A DNA stretch of 64,000 nucleotides from Bacteroidota bacterium (GCA_036340235.1 JAYYZE010000010.1:8196-72195), one strand, 5' to 3'. Shown: positions 18,916 through 29,986, counted from the stretch's first letter. Made by a program: numbers and translations. Notes: a model not told the origin generated them from the letters alone.

Positions 18916-20796
18916 TTAAAATTCTACCGCAATAGATTGAATTTCTATTCGCCTTTCTCTAGAAGCTTTGATGCTATAGATTGAATTTCGTTTGTCATTG
19001 GGGTTATCACTGACATCCATGTCAACTTGTGTTTCACCCAAGGGCAGCTCATAGATTTGTAACTGCCCGTTCTGTAAATATGTGTACAAACTGCTGTCGC
19101 TGAAGGCCGAAAGGTAATTGGTCACGCTGGCAATCCGGCGTTTGGCTAGCAGTTCATTGTAATCAGTATCTGTTAATGGTGAGGTAAACCCTTTTAAGCG
19201 CAGTTCAACACGAGCCCCTAAATCCAAAATTTCTTGCAGGCGATTGGCGAATGCTGTCAAACGCTCAAAGCCACCACTGACTGTTTCATCAAAAAACTGC
19301 CTCATCTGACTTTGGGCTTGGTTTTTAGCTCTTCCAGCTAATACAGAAGAAAATTGGCGAACGTACTGATCTTTTAGTGCTATGTACGAGGTATATGTCT
19401 CTACATAATTGAGTGTCGTAGTGCTATCGCGTGTATTGGGATTGGGCTCGTCGTTGTGAAAATATACGCTCAATGGTAAATTTAATTGCATTTTTTTGGC
19501 AATACTATCGATGGCAACACACACGCATGGCTCAGACTTTTCAAAGGCATAAATATCGTTGCAACAACTTTCATAGCTAATGGTTTTTGAGCCCAATCGG
19601 TTTGACGAAAAATAACCCAAATGTGGACTATCAATCTGAGTCACATAATACAAATCATTGGCACTACTATTGATGGGTTTTGCAAGATGGCTAACCAAAC
19701 CCCAATCCTTCTGCCACTTACTTTGAAAGATGTCGTAGCCTCCATAGCCAGGATGAAAATCAGAACTAAAATAAAGTACTTCTTCAAGAGGGTGATAAAA
19801 GGGTGTGACCTCTTTACCCTGGGTATTGATGCCATTGCCCAAATGCACTGGATATCCTACAAATGGGACAAACCAAATGTCTAAATCTCCAACACCACCT
19901 GTTCTATCTGATGATATAAACAACCCTTCCTGGCCATTCCACAAAGCCCACTGAGGGTGTGTGTTAGTAGCGTCAGAGGGGTTAAAACGTTGGTCTAAGG
20001 CTTGTGCGTTTTGCCAAAAGCCATCCAAGAATTTACTTGAGTATATTACGCATTCTAATGCCCCTTGATTGTATTTACACTTACAAAAAAAGGCTTCCGT
20101 GCAATCTGGGTTGAACGACAAATTGGCAATATGATAATCCATATCATTAAAGACATTAAATACTTTGGCGTCTTGACTAGGTGGCTTTACCATTAATTTA
20201 GATCGATGTCCTATGTATGTTTCTTTAGCAAGGCCATCGTCTTTTTGCATGGATGAAAAATACAATCGACCTTGCCAATCGACAAAGGGAGCAAAGTCCG
20301 AAACGGACGAGTTGACACTGTCACCCAAGTGAGTCACACTGTAATTGGCATTGAACGTATCAGTCAAGGCTAATTGACACCCTTTCAACTCCATAAGTGC
20401 TTTTCGATACCAATAGTCAGATGGCGATAGATGGTTGTCTAAAAACCTTTGTAACACCTCCGACGCTTGCTGATAAGCAGAGGCATTTTTCAGTGTCATT
20501 CCTAAAAATAAATCAGTATTGGAATGAATCGAAGATCGTTCGGAAACTAAGTGCTTTTTATAAAACGTTATTGCTTTGGTATATTGATGCGTTTGGCGAT
20601 AACTTTCTGCTAATGAATAAAAAATGGAACTGAGCGTGCTATCCTTCTGCAGGGCCAATTCGTAGTAGAAAATAGAAGAAAAATAATCGTTGGTTTGGTA
20701 ATAATAATTTCCCTCATCGACTAAAACGGATGTATTTTGAGAGAGTACCATACTACACATCAAACAAAAACCATATGTTATAAGCTGTTTTTTCAT
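18916..20796 (-). CDS. TPR + PD40 beta-propeller + OmpA-like protein (PorE-like)
   Basis: N-terminal TPRs; repeated FISSDRTGG / YFSSDFHPGYGGYDIF / YFSSNR; C-terminal GFTSP...YNELLAKRRIASV...RRIEI. ATG 20796 overlaps the upstream stop (ATGA). Confidence 0.82.
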   Translation of the reverse strand: MKKQLITYGFCLMCSMVLSQNTSVLVDEGNYYYQTNDYFSSIFYYELALQKDSTLSSIFYSLAESYRQTHQYTKAITFYKKHLVSERSSIHSNTDLFLGMTLKNASAYQQASEVLQRFLDNHLSPSDYWYRKALMELKGCQLALTDTFNANYSVTHLGDSVNSSVSDFAPFVDWQGRLYFSSMQKDDGLAKETYIGHRSKLMVKPPSQDAKVFNVFNDMDYHIANLSFNPDCTEAFFCKCKYNQGALECVIYSSKFLDGFWQNAQALDQRFNPSDATNTHPQWALWNGQEGLFISSDRTGGVGDLDIWFVPFVGYPVHLGNGINTQGKEVTPFYHPLEEVLYFSSDFHPGYGGYDIFQSKWQKDWGLVSHLAKPINSSANDLYYVTQIDSPHLGYFSSNRLGSKTISYESCCNDIYAFEKSEPCVCVAIDSIAKKMQLNLPLSVYFHNDEPNPNTRDSTTTLNYVETYTSYIALKDQYVRQFSSVLAGRAKNQAQSQMRQFFDETVSGGFERLTAFANRLQEILDLGARVELRLKGFTSPLTDTDYNELLAKRRIASVTNYLSAFSDSSLYTYLQNGQLQIYELPLGETQVDMDVSDNPNDKRNSIYSIKASRERRIEIQSIAVEF

Positions 20797-21719
20797 AAAA
20801 ATGCTGGACATGTTTTGTAACTTGAACGAGGAAGTGAAGATTTGACAACATGGCTAAACGAAATTTCCCATGCACCCAAATAATTACTTGCAGGTACCAA
20901 ATCAGATGTATTTATATCGTAGCTGAAGGCAAAGTGACTTTGCCCCCATTGAACCCCCAAAAGGCAACATAGTGCATCATTAAAGCGGAACAAAACACCT
21001 CCTTCTAGTAGAATATTTTGTTCGTATTGGTCGCTTATGTCATAACTAACAACAGAACCCGTTGAGAAGGTCTGTTGTTGGGCTTGTTGCAACCATTGAA
21101 TGTGTGGGTGAATATGCCATTTAGGGTGCAAAGGCAATTCTATCAATGAAACGACTTGGTGCTTGGGCTTCAAGAGGTCTTTTGCGGATGATAACGAACG
21201 GTTGGGAGAATTCAAATGAAAAAAGGTATATCCCATCATTACCTCAGTACCGGCAATGTACAATTGTCGATAGACCCCAAATCCAAGATCAAAATAATTA
21301 GCAGATAAAGAAGTAAATTGCTCAGTATTGTCAATGAACACCAAGTCTGAATAATCGATAGCTTGCTGAGCAAAGGTTAGCTGAGTGCCTACTTGCCAAT
21401 CGTTCAAAAATCGAGAAAGGGATAAGGATAATTGAGTGAGAGATAAGCGCGAACTACCCGATTGATCTCTTAAAAACTGAGCCCCCAAACCCCAATTTTT
21501 ATAAGGCATATCAAAACTAGCAGAAAAGCTTCTAAAGGGAACACTGACGCTTGCCCACTGTTGTCGTTGTTGAACACTTATTCGGTGAGTACCATCAAAC
21601 TCTCCAGCTAGTGCAGGACTTTGAAAAATAGGATTGTTAAACCACTGACTAAAATGAACGTCTTGTGCAATCAAACATAGCGGCCAAACAAATAATAATA
21701 TGAATACCCATTGTCTCAT
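20793..21719 (-). CDS. PorP/SprF family T9SS outer-membrane protein
   Basis: QDVHFSQ...PALAG...RQQW N-terminus; FSYDINTSDL...GAWEIS C-terminus. Confidence 0.9.
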   Translation of the reverse strand: MRQWVFILLFVWPLCLIAQDVHFSQWFNNPIFQSPALAGEFDGTHRISVQQRQQWASVSVPFRSFSASFDMPYKNWGLGAQFLRDQSGSSRLSLTQLSLSLSRFLNDWQVGTQLTFAQQAIDYSDLVFIDNTEQFTSLSANYFDLGFGVYRQLYIAGTEVMMGYTFFHLNSPNRSLSSAKDLLKPKHQVVSLIELPLHPKWHIHPHIQWLQQAQQQTFSTGSVVSYDISDQYEQNILLEGGVLFRFNDALCCLLGVQWGQSHFAFSYDINTSDLVPASNYLGAWEISFSHVVKSSLPRSSYKTCPAFL

Positions 21720-24700
21720 CTGATAAGTGTGATATTCCCTTTCTTAAATAACTGATTATCGCTTCCCAAGCACTGGATTGTTAAATGATAATCAAATACA
21801 GAAGTAGGTTGTAAACGGCCTTTAAAAACACCATCCCAATACTCATTTTTACTGCTAGTGTGAAATACTTTTTGGCCCCATCTGTTAAAAATTTGGAGAT
21901 CTAAAGCACGAATGATATTCAAATCGTCTTTAATAAAAAAGAAGTCATTTTTTAAATCTCCATTTGGTGTGAACGCATTGGGAATGCCTATGTTTTTCTC
22001 GGTGCAACAATCAGGAGAAATGGCAACCTCAATGGCTGCGGTTGTTTCACAGCCCTCCCTTTCAGCTTTTAGATAATAAGTGCCTATGGTAGTTACCTGC
22101 AAGCTGTCTTGCTCTAGAAAAGTGTTAAAATCGGCATTGGAAGACCAAAATAATCGAGTTGAATCGTAGACGGTAGCTACAAGGGTTATTGGTTTTCCAC
22201 AAATTTGATAGTCAGATTGGTATTCCAAACTTACCTCATTAACAACTACTAATTGCCTAATGGAATCGTAGCAATTTTCTAACTGACCTAGAAAAACATA
22301 CTCGGTTGTAGTTGAAGGCGAAGCAAGTGTTGTGCTGGACTGATAGTCGTCTAAACCGCTAGTTGGCGACCATTGATAAATAAATTCATCTTTGGTATTG
22401 GCTACCAATACAACAGTATCGTCTTTACACATGCTTATGCTTGCCAAATCAGATGACTGGTTCTCATCTATTACAATGGTTTTGGTAATGGTATCGGATA
22501 AATTACATGAAGTGGGGTCGTTAGTAATAAGTGTCACCTGGTAAGTACCTATGCTGCTAAATGTATGAGAAGGAAAGGTGTCTGTGGACGTATTGCCATC
22601 ACCAAAATTCCAAAAATAACTATTGTTATCGCCCTGGCTCAGGTTTTCAAAAGAAAGTGTTTTTTCGCAACTTAAGCCGGGGGCATCAAAATTGGCAACC
22701 GTCAATGGAAAATCTGGATCAAACTTAAAAACAGCATTGTTGCATGACGAGTTGTTGGAACTAGAATGAGCGTTATCAGTAGTAGGAAAATCTGAAAAAC
22801 CACCGCAACCTGCACAAACCGATTGATAGACAATTCCCTTTTTGTCAAATCGACTAGTTCCTCCATCAACGTGTTCTTCGGCTTGGTTGCCTCCAAAAAA
22901 CGAGGCGTAAGAAAGCGTATTAGCATTATCTTCAAATATAATTAAATAGAAATCACTGCCATCCGTGGTAGATTGAAAGGCGTCAAATGTGGTTACTAGG
23001 TCAAAGGTGTCACCGCCAGGACCTAAATGAATGGAGTCGTTGGTTGCCCCTCCCCAACCCGAGCAGTATATACGGTTACATGCATCAACCAAAAAGGCCG
23101 TAGGTGAAATATCAACACCTCCACTTCCAGAGCCAAAAACAGTTGAAAATTCTAAATCGCTCAATGAAGGGTTTAACTTACAAACGAACTGACCACTGTT
23201 TGGCTGTGAAAAAACAGCATTGAAAACCAGTGTATTGTTAGGGGCTAAACTTTGTCCATACAGATAGACATCTCCAGCTTTGTCTAGCTCTATGAAATAC
23301 GATTGATCGTATTTGTCAGAACCAAAATAAGTAGATTGTAAAAGCGCACTGCCATCACTGCTAAACTGACTAACAAATGCATCGACCGTACCGCCTAAAT
23401 AATTGGGGGCATAGGCAAAGGGTGTGGTGGTCAAATCATTGGATGATGTGCCTCCTGAGGCATATACGTTGTTGTAATTATCAAAAGCTAGGGAGTGTAG
23501 GGCATCATCACCACTTCCGCCCCAGTAGGATGACCAAAGAATGGTTTGTAAGGACTTGTTCATTTTAACGATGACACCGTCTTGTCCTCCGTTGTTAGCG
23601 GGCTGAATCAGACTATTAACAATGGGAAAATCATTAGAATATGTGGAAGAAGCAATAAAACAGTTGCCTTGTTCATCAATGTCTATTTCGCCTCGCATCT
23701 GATCGGCATAATTGTATCTCAAAGAAAAGGAGCTGTTGAAACCATCATTAGAAGAACCCCCCAAATACGTAGAGGCTAATAGGTCAGAGCCATCTGCACT
23801 TAACCTACTTACAAATATATCACAGCCATTGGCATAATTTATGCCAACCCCATCCACGGCAGTCGCTTGGCCACCACTAAAGGTTTCGTTAAATGCACCT
23901 TGAGATACTGGAAAATCAGCTGATCCAGTAGTTCCCATAACAAACAACTCTTCATCATATACAATAAGACTGTGAGGCGCTTCATCGCCAGTACCGCCCA
24001 AATAGGTTGAATAAATTAAAAATGAGCCTGTAGTGTCGTACTTTGTTAGGACAACGTCGTTGCCAACGACACCACCATTAAATGCAGTTTGATATGATCC
24101 TAAGGAAATAGGGTATCCAATGCCATAGGCCGTTCCTCCGGCATATAAAAAACCATAGTCGTCATATGTTGCTGTGTATCCGAAGTTATTGGCGAACGAG
24201 CCAGAATAGGATGAAAATATCATTTCTGGATCGATGATTAGTTCTGTGGTCTTGTCGTATCCATTAGGAAACTCAAAACTTAAACGGTTATTTTTCCATT
24301 TAAAATGACATTCCACCTCTATTCGTTCATTACCTTTCCATTGGTAAGCGTATGGACGCTCTTCTATTATTTGATTTAGGGGGGTTAAAAGAATTAGTCG
24401 TCCATTTCTTAGTTCGACACGTTCAACGCCTTCTAATTTCATTTTGATTATTGAAGGATCGGCATAGGGTTTAACAATCCAGTCATATTTTAATCCATTT
24501 CCGTAGCAATATATGGTGTAATCGATACCGTCATATAGCTCTTGATAGATGACTTTTTGGTACTTTTTGAGGTTGGAAAATTGGTTTGTTCCTTTAAAAT
24601 AATTGACCACCCCCTTTTGGGGCATTTGGTGTTGAATCGTTGGCTTGTTGGCTTTGACAAAGTGCCAACGATATGCGTGTGCATCTATGCTATCAGAAAC

Positions 24701-24907
24701 TTTAGCATGAGAATGTTTGTGATTAAAAAATGTTGCGTCAACAAAATTAAATGTAAGGGTCTTTTCCTCTAAAAATAAAGACCCATTGACTAAATCTATT
24801 TTAGAAAGTATGGGTGATTGCCATTGACCTTTGTTTTTGACAAAATAACCCTTTTGAGCGTAGGTTATATGGAATACGAGTAACAATAGTGTAGTGAGCG
24901 TTCTCAT
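21716..24907 (-). CDS. T9SS type B CTD cargo protein (SBBP-like repeats, PKD domain)
   Basis: FVKNKGQW N-terminal domain, repeated STYLGG, PKD YFWNFGDG, CTD IPNAFTPNGDLKND...IFNRWG...WDG...KGNITLIR. Confidence 0.9.
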   Translation of the reverse strand: MRTLTTLLLLVFHITYAQKGYFVKNKGQWQSPILSKIDLVNGSLFLEEKTLTFNFVDATFFNHKHSHAKVSDSIDAHAYRWHFVKANKPTIQHQMPQKGVVNYFKGTNQFSNLKKYQKVIYQELYDGIDYTIYCYGNGLKYDWIVKPYADPSIIKMKLEGVERVELRNGRLILLTPLNQIIEERPYAYQWKGNERIEVECHFKWKNNRLSFEFPNGYDKTTELIIDPEMIFSSYSGSFANNFGYTATYDDYGFLYAGGTAYGIGYPISLGSYQTAFNGGVVGNDVVLTKYDTTGSFLIYSTYLGGTGDEAPHSLIVYDEELFVMGTTGSADFPVSQGAFNETFSGGQATAVDGVGINYANGCDIFVSRLSADGSDLLASTYLGGSSNDGFNSSFSLRYNYADQMRGEIDIDEQGNCFIASSTYSNDFPIVNSLIQPANNGGQDGVIVKMNKSLQTILWSSYWGGSGDDALHSLAFDNYNNVYASGGTSSNDLTTTPFAYAPNYLGGTVDAFVSQFSSDGSALLQSTYFGSDKYDQSYFIELDKAGDVYLYGQSLAPNNTLVFNAVFSQPNSGQFVCKLNPSLSDLEFSTVFGSGSGGVDISPTAFLVDACNRIYCSGWGGATNDSIHLGPGGDTFDLVTTFDAFQSTTDGSDFYLIIFEDNANTLSYASFFGGNQAEEHVDGGTSRFDKKGIVYQSVCAGCGGFSDFPTTDNAHSSSNNSSCNNAVFKFDPDFPLTVANFDAPGLSCEKTLSFENLSQGDNNSYFWNFGDGNTSTDTFPSHTFSSIGTYQVTLITNDPTSCNLSDTITKTIVIDENQSSDLASISMCKDDTVVLVANTKDEFIYQWSPTSGLDDYQSSTTLASPSTTTEYVFLGQLENCYDSIRQLVVVNEVSLEYQSDYQICGKPITLVATVYDSTRLFWSSNADFNTFLEQDSLQVTTIGTYYLKAEREGCETTAAIEVAISPDCCTEKNIGIPNAFTPNGDLKNDFFFIKDDLNIIRALDLQIFNRWGQKVFHTSSKNEYWDGVFKGRLQPTSVFDYHLTIQCLGSDNQLFKKGNITLIR

Positions 24908-24933
24908 GGTGTAAAGATAAAGATTCTAACAGA

Positions 24934-26154
24934 CTAGATACTAGATGGAATATTTTGTAGTATGTTCATAAGACTGTCTTTTTTTAAATTATACCGCTCT
25001 CTGTTATGTTCTTTTACGGGCTTTGAGGGCGGTAGTTTTTGTTTATAAGGGTCAACTTGAGCACCATTTTTCCAAAATCGATAACATACGTGTGGACCTG
25101 TGGCAAGACCTGTACTACCAACATAACCAATCACTTCGCCTTGCTTGACGTAGGTACCTGGACGTATTCCTGACTTTATTTTTGACATGTGGAGGTATTG
25201 GGTTGAATAAGTACTGTTGTGCTTTATTTTTACGTAGTTTCCATTGTTCTTTTTATACCTAGCTTCGGTGACGGTACCGTTGGCAGTCGATAAAATAGGT
25301 GTGCCTGTAGGTGCAGCATAGTCGGTACCTAAGTGGGGTTTTATTCTTCCAGTTACTGGATGTCTTCTTCGTTTGCTATAACGTGAACTTATTCTGGAAA
25401 AACTAAGTGGAGCTCTTAAAAATGCTTTTCTAAGGGCGTCACCTTTTTCATCAAAATAGTCACCTAATCCTTCTTGTTCTTCAAAATAAAAAGCATAAAA
25501 GTCTTGGTTAGCGTGGTTAAACATAGCAGCATAAATTCGTCCAATGCCTATAAATTCATCTTCAACGTATCGCTCCTCGTACACTATTTTAAAGTGATCT
25601 CCCTTTTTTATTCTAAAGAAATCAATAGTCCATGCGTAAATAGTGGATAATTCCATTACCAATGCAGGACTCATATCATTTTGTATCAAGGCATTCCATA
25701 AAGACGACTCTATGACGCCACTAGACTCTTTGAGACGAGTATCGATGTCTTTTTGTTCAGAAAATACATTAATGGTATCTCTAATATCGAATACTACATA
25801 ATCAACTTTTGTGGTTTCATACACCACATACTGAGCCTTTTGGATAGAGTCATCGTCACAAATAAGAGTATAATGCTGGCCCGCTTTGACTTTTCTAAAA
25901 TCAAAAACGCCTTTGGAGGCCTTTACGATTTGATCTATTCTTGCGTGATCTATGTGGTTGAAATATAGTATCTCACCCAAAGTTTGACCAGCGGTCACTT
26001 GCCCTTTCACAACCTTGAAGGTATCAACACAAATACCATATTCATAAGCGCTTTCTTGAGGAGGTTGTTGGTCGGAGTTGGAACAGCTGTAAAGTAGAAA
26101 AAATAAAGATATAATTAAATAGGTATGCCTAACTTCGCATAATTTTTGTTTCAT
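24934..26154 (-). CDS. M23 family peptidoglycan DD-endopeptidase
   Basis: HLGTDYAAP, YLHMS and GLATGPHVCY motifs; lipobox-like LYSC. Confidence 0.92.
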   Translation of the reverse strand: MKQKLCEVRHTYLIISLFFLLYSCSNSDQQPPQESAYEYGICVDTFKVVKGQVTAGQTLGEILYFNHIDHARIDQIVKASKGVFDFRKVKAGQHYTLICDDDSIQKAQYVVYETTKVDYVVFDIRDTINVFSEQKDIDTRLKESSGVIESSLWNALIQNDMSPALVMELSTIYAWTIDFFRIKKGDHFKIVYEERYVEDEFIGIGRIYAAMFNHANQDFYAFYFEEQEGLGDYFDEKGDALRKAFLRAPLSFSRISSRYSKRRRHPVTGRIKPHLGTDYAAPTGTPILSTANGTVTEARYKKNNGNYVKIKHNSTYSTQYLHMSKIKSGIRPGTYVKQGEVIGYVGSTGLATGPHVCYRFWKNGAQVDPYKQKLPPSKPVKEHNRERYNLKKDSLMNILQNIPSSI

Positions 26155-26162
26155 TGTTACTT

Positions 26163-27158
26163 TTAACTTTCTTTTAGGGCATTAACAACCCATTGTCTGC
26201 CCCAGTTGTCTTTTTCCTCAATAGTCCATAATTCGGGGAAAAATATGCGCTTTTGAAAACGTGGTGGCAAATAGCTTTGCCAATTGGTTCCTCCTGTTGC
26301 ACTAATATCCCCGGCTTTTGAAGATAAATATCTAACAGCCGACTTATAATGTACTAATGGCCAGTTAACATTCACATTCAAATCTAATAAACGTAATTGT
26401 AAAATGAGTGCTTCATTTTGTCGGTCTTCAACACTCAATTGTTGATATTTAGCCATTAGATTTTTAGACTGAAATTGCTTTGCCCTTTTTATGAAACTAG
26501 ACATGTATTTTTTTTCAAAGTTTTGTAACATCAGTGTTTTTTTACCTGTTTTAAGATCAATGGCTCCATCTTTCCAATAAAAGTGTTTGGCCATTTCTTC
26601 AACTGAGGTACCCTTGAGTTTTTCTCTTTGTGATTGGTGGGTTAAGTTGATTAGATGAGTACATGATATTTCAATAAGTCTATACTGCTCGGACTGAAAA
26701 CCACTGGAAGGCAATAAAGACATTCTAAACTTTAGAAATTGATCTTTTTCCATGCCCTGAACCATGATACCAAACGACTTTGTTAGCGCTTCAAAATAGT
26801 TGTTGACACGTTTAAGGCGTTCAACAAAAAAATCAACGTTGAGACTGTCTTGCCAGCCTAAATCTTCGCCCTGATCAGATATTATTTTTCCGTTACAGGC
26901 TATTTGGTCTAACTCCAAAAGAGATAATTTGAAATATAGCTCTGTTATTTGATGATATATTATAAATATTTGCTCGTCTGGGAAATCTGTTTTTGGATGT
27001 TGTAAACTTAGCAGGGTGTCAACGTTTAAATAGTCCCAATAGTGTAATGGGTTGGCAAACAAAAGCCCATCTAAATACCCACTAAGGTCTTGACCAATAG
27101 AGGCGTATTTTTGATTTAATTTTTCTACTTTTTCTCTAATCTCTTTAGTCCATTCCAT
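26163..27158 (-). CDS. kynA: Tryptophan 2,3-dioxygenase family protein
   Basis: YWDYL, DEQIFIIYHQITELYFK, FRMSLLPSSGFQS and ATGGT motifs. Confidence 0.85.
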   Translation of the reverse strand: MEWTKEIREKVEKLNQKYASIGQDLSGYLDGLLFANPLHYWDYLNVDTLLSLQHPKTDFPDEQIFIIYHQITELYFKLSLLELDQIACNGKIISDQGEDLGWQDSLNVDFFVERLKRVNNYFEALTKSFGIMVQGMEKDQFLKFRMSLLPSSGFQSEQYRLIEISCTHLINLTHQSQREKLKGTSVEEMAKHFYWKDGAIDLKTGKKTLMLQNFEKKYMSSFIKRAKQFQSKNLMAKYQQLSVEDRQNEALILQLRLLDLNVNVNWPLVHYKSAVRYLSSKAGDISATGGTNWQSYLPPRFQKRIFFPELWTIEEKDNWGRQWVVNALKES

Positions 27159-27214
27159 AATAATGTTTTATCAGACAAATTGATACTTTAATCTAAGCTA
27201 AATTGTGTTTTAAA

Positions 27215-29986
27215 TCATATCACGATATTAACAATTTTATTTGGAACAATAATGATTCTTTTAGGCGATTTCCCTTCAAGATATTGAATTGATTTAGGGT
27301 TAGACAAAACAGCTTGTTCTATTTTTTCTTTTGATGTTGCCGCGGGAAGCTCTAATTTAAAACGCATCTTTCCGTTAAATGATATGGGGTAAGTGTGGGT
27401 ATCTTCTTGTAAATAACGTTCATCGAATTGTGGCCATGGCTCCAGAGTAACCGAGGTTATGTTGCCCACTTGTTCCCAAAGTTCTTCGGCAAAATGTGGC
27501 GCATAAGGCGATATTAAAATGGTCAATGTCTCAATAATTGTTTTGTTTCTAGATTTCAAATCGCTTAATTCATTGACAGCTATCATTAGATTTGAAACGA
27601 CAGTATTGAAAGAAAATCGTTCTATATCTTCGGTGACTTTTTTAATGGTTTTGTGTAGAATTTTTAATTCCTGTGAACTTGGTGTTTTATCTTCCAAGGC
27701 AATAGGCTTGTCACCAGAGTGAACCAATCGCCAAAACTTTCTTAAGAAGTTATATACGCCATTTATTCCTTTGGTATCCCAAGGTTTAAACTGCTCTAGC
27801 GGACCTAAAAACATTTCGTACATTCTGAGTGTGTCAGCTCCGAATTTTTCGACTAAATCATCAGGCGTTTGAACATTATATTTAGATTTAGACATTTTCT
27901 CTACCTCAACACCACAAAGGTATTGACCGTTGTCGTTTAATATAAATTCAGCATCATTGAATTCTTTCCTCCATTTTTTAAATTTGATGATGTCGAGAAA
28001 ATCATTGTCTACCAAATTAATATCTACATGTAAGCGACTTGTTTGATATTCTTTTCGTTTATCAAAGGTGACAAAAGTATTGCTATCTTTTACTCTGTAA
28101 ACAAAATTGGATCTTCCAAGTATCATGCCCTGATTAATCAATTTCTTAAAGGGCTCATCAATTGATATAAAACCTCTGTCATATAGAAATTTAGTCCAAA
28201 ACCGAGAATACAACAAATGCCCCACAGCGTGTTCTGCACCACCTATGTACAAATCCACTTGCCCCCAATAGTCAGATTTATGTTTTGCTACAAACTCATT
28301 TGAATTTTTGGCATCCATATATCTCAAAAAATACCATGATGAACCAGCCCAGCCAGGCATGGTATTATATTCCATACGATCACCCTTAAAAACGTTCCAA
28401 TTTTCTTTGCTTGCTCTAGCAAGTGGCGGCTCACCCTCTTCAGTTGGCAAATATTTGTCAATTGCTGGTAACACCACATGCTCATCAGAGGAGGTGATAT
28501 AAGCTATATCATTTTGATAATATATGGGAAACGGTTCTCCCCAATACCTTTGTCGACTAAAAATGGCGTCACGTAATCGGTAATTTACAATGCCACTGCC
28601 TATGGCTTTGGCTTCAAGTTGCGAAATGATTTGTTGGCTTGCTTGTTCACAATTTAGACCATTTAGATTCTTCGAATTTATCAAAGTTGCCGATTTTGTT
28701 TCATTAACTCCTTGACTAGCATTGGTGTTGTCAAAAATGGATTTGATTTCTAACCCATAGTGGGTAGCAAAATTCCAATCGCGTTGGTCACCACAAGGAA
28801 CAGCCATAATAGCACCCGTACCGTAAGTAGATAATACATAATCAGCTATCCAAACCGGAATTATTTCGTTTGTAAAGGGATGAATGGCATATGTTCCAGT
28901 AAAAACGCCTGACACTCTTTTGACATCTGATTGTCTATCCCTTTCTGACTTTAAGGCTGCTTGTTTTTTGTAGACCTCAACCGCTTGGCGTTGTTCCTCA
29001 GTGGTAATCTGTTTAACTAGCTCATGCTCGGGTGATAGTACCATAAATGTAACACCATATATGGTCTCTGGTCTAGTTGTAAAAACCTCAATTTGGTGAG
29101 TGCTATTTTGAATATTAAATTGAATAGATGCTCCTTTCGATTTACCTATCCAATGACGTTGTATTTCTTTGATGGAATCATTCCAATCTAAATGGTCTAG
29201 TCCGTCTAATAATCGTTGGGCGTAGGCCGTAATTCTTAATGACCATTGCTTCATTCTCTTCTGTTCTACGAGAAAATTACCTCTTTCAGAACGACCATCT
29301 TTAACTTCATCATTGGCTAAAACCGTTCCTAACTGTTCACACCAGTTTACCCATGTCTCAGAAAGGTATGCTAGTCGGTATTTTTGTAGGATTTCTTCCT
29401 TTTGATGTGTGTTGTATTCTTGCCATTGTTTGGCGCTGAAAAGGTCAACTGCCTTGTCAGTGGCTGCGTCAATAAAAGTGTTTCCGTTTGACGAAAACTC
29501 ATTTAACAGTACATGAATAGATTTTGCTTTTTGATCTGTATTGCAGTAGTAAGAATCAAATAGTTGCTTAAATATCCATTGTGTCCACTTATAATATGAA
29601 GGGTCAGAAGTTCTTACTTCTCGATCCCAATCAAATGAAAATCCTAATTTATTAAGTTGTTCTCGGTATCTTTTAATATTTCGTTCGGTAGTAATGGCAG
29701 GGTGTTGTCCTGTTTGTATAGCATATTGTTCTGCTGGCAAGCCAAAAGAATCATAACCCATAGGATGCAAGACATTAAATCCCTTATGACGTTTGTATCG
29801 AGCATATATGTCTGAGGCAATGTATCCAAGTGGATGTCCAACATGTAGTCCTTCTCCTGAGGGATAAGGAAACATATCAAGAACATAGTATTTTGGTTTG
29901 TTAGTATCCTCGTTAACTTTATAAATTGACGATGCTTTCCAACGGCTTTGCCATTTATTCTCTATGTCTTTGTGGTTATACTCCAT
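27215..29986 (-). CDS. leuS: Leucine--tRNA ligase
   Basis: MFPYPSG-LHVGH, CP1 editing domain FTTRPET and GTGAIMAVP, KMSKS. Confidence 0.98.
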   Translation of the reverse strand: MEYNHKDIENKWQSRWKASSIYKVNEDTNKPKYYVLDMFPYPSGEGLHVGHPLGYIASDIYARYKRHKGFNVLHPMGYDSFGLPAEQYAIQTGQHPAITTERNIKRYREQLNKLGFSFDWDREVRTSDPSYYKWTQWIFKQLFDSYYCNTDQKAKSIHVLLNEFSSNGNTFIDAATDKAVDLFSAKQWQEYNTHQKEEILQKYRLAYLSETWVNWCEQLGTVLANDEVKDGRSERGNFLVEQKRMKQWSLRITAYAQRLLDGLDHLDWNDSIKEIQRHWIGKSKGASIQFNIQNSTHQIEVFTTRPETIYGVTFMVLSPEHELVKQITTEEQRQAVEVYKKQAALKSERDRQSDVKRVSGVFTGTYAIHPFTNEIIPVWIADYVLSTYGTGAIMAVPCGDQRDWNFATHYGLEIKSIFDNTNASQGVNETKSATLINSKNLNGLNCEQASQQIISQLEAKAIGSGIVNYRLRDAIFSRQRYWGEPFPIYYQNDIAYITSSDEHVVLPAIDKYLPTEEGEPPLARASKENWNVFKGDRMEYNTMPGWAGSSWYFLRYMDAKNSNEFVAKHKSDYWGQVDLYIGGAEHAVGHLLYSRFWTKFLYDRGFISIDEPFKKLINQGMILGRSNFVYRVKDSNTFVTFDKRKEYQTSRLHVDINLVDNDFLDIIKFKKWRKEFNDAEFILNDNGQYLCGVEVEKMSKSKYNVQTPDDLVEKFGADTLRMYEMFLGPLEQFKPWDTKGINGVYNFLRKFWRLVHSGDKPIALEDKTPSSQELKILHKTIKKVTEDIERFSFNTVVSNLMIAVNELSDLKSRNKTIIETLTILISPYAPHFAEELWEQVGNITSVTLEPWPQFDERYLQEDTHTYPISFNGKMRFKLELPAATSKEKIEQAVLSNPKSIQYLEGKSPKRIIIVPNKIVNIVI

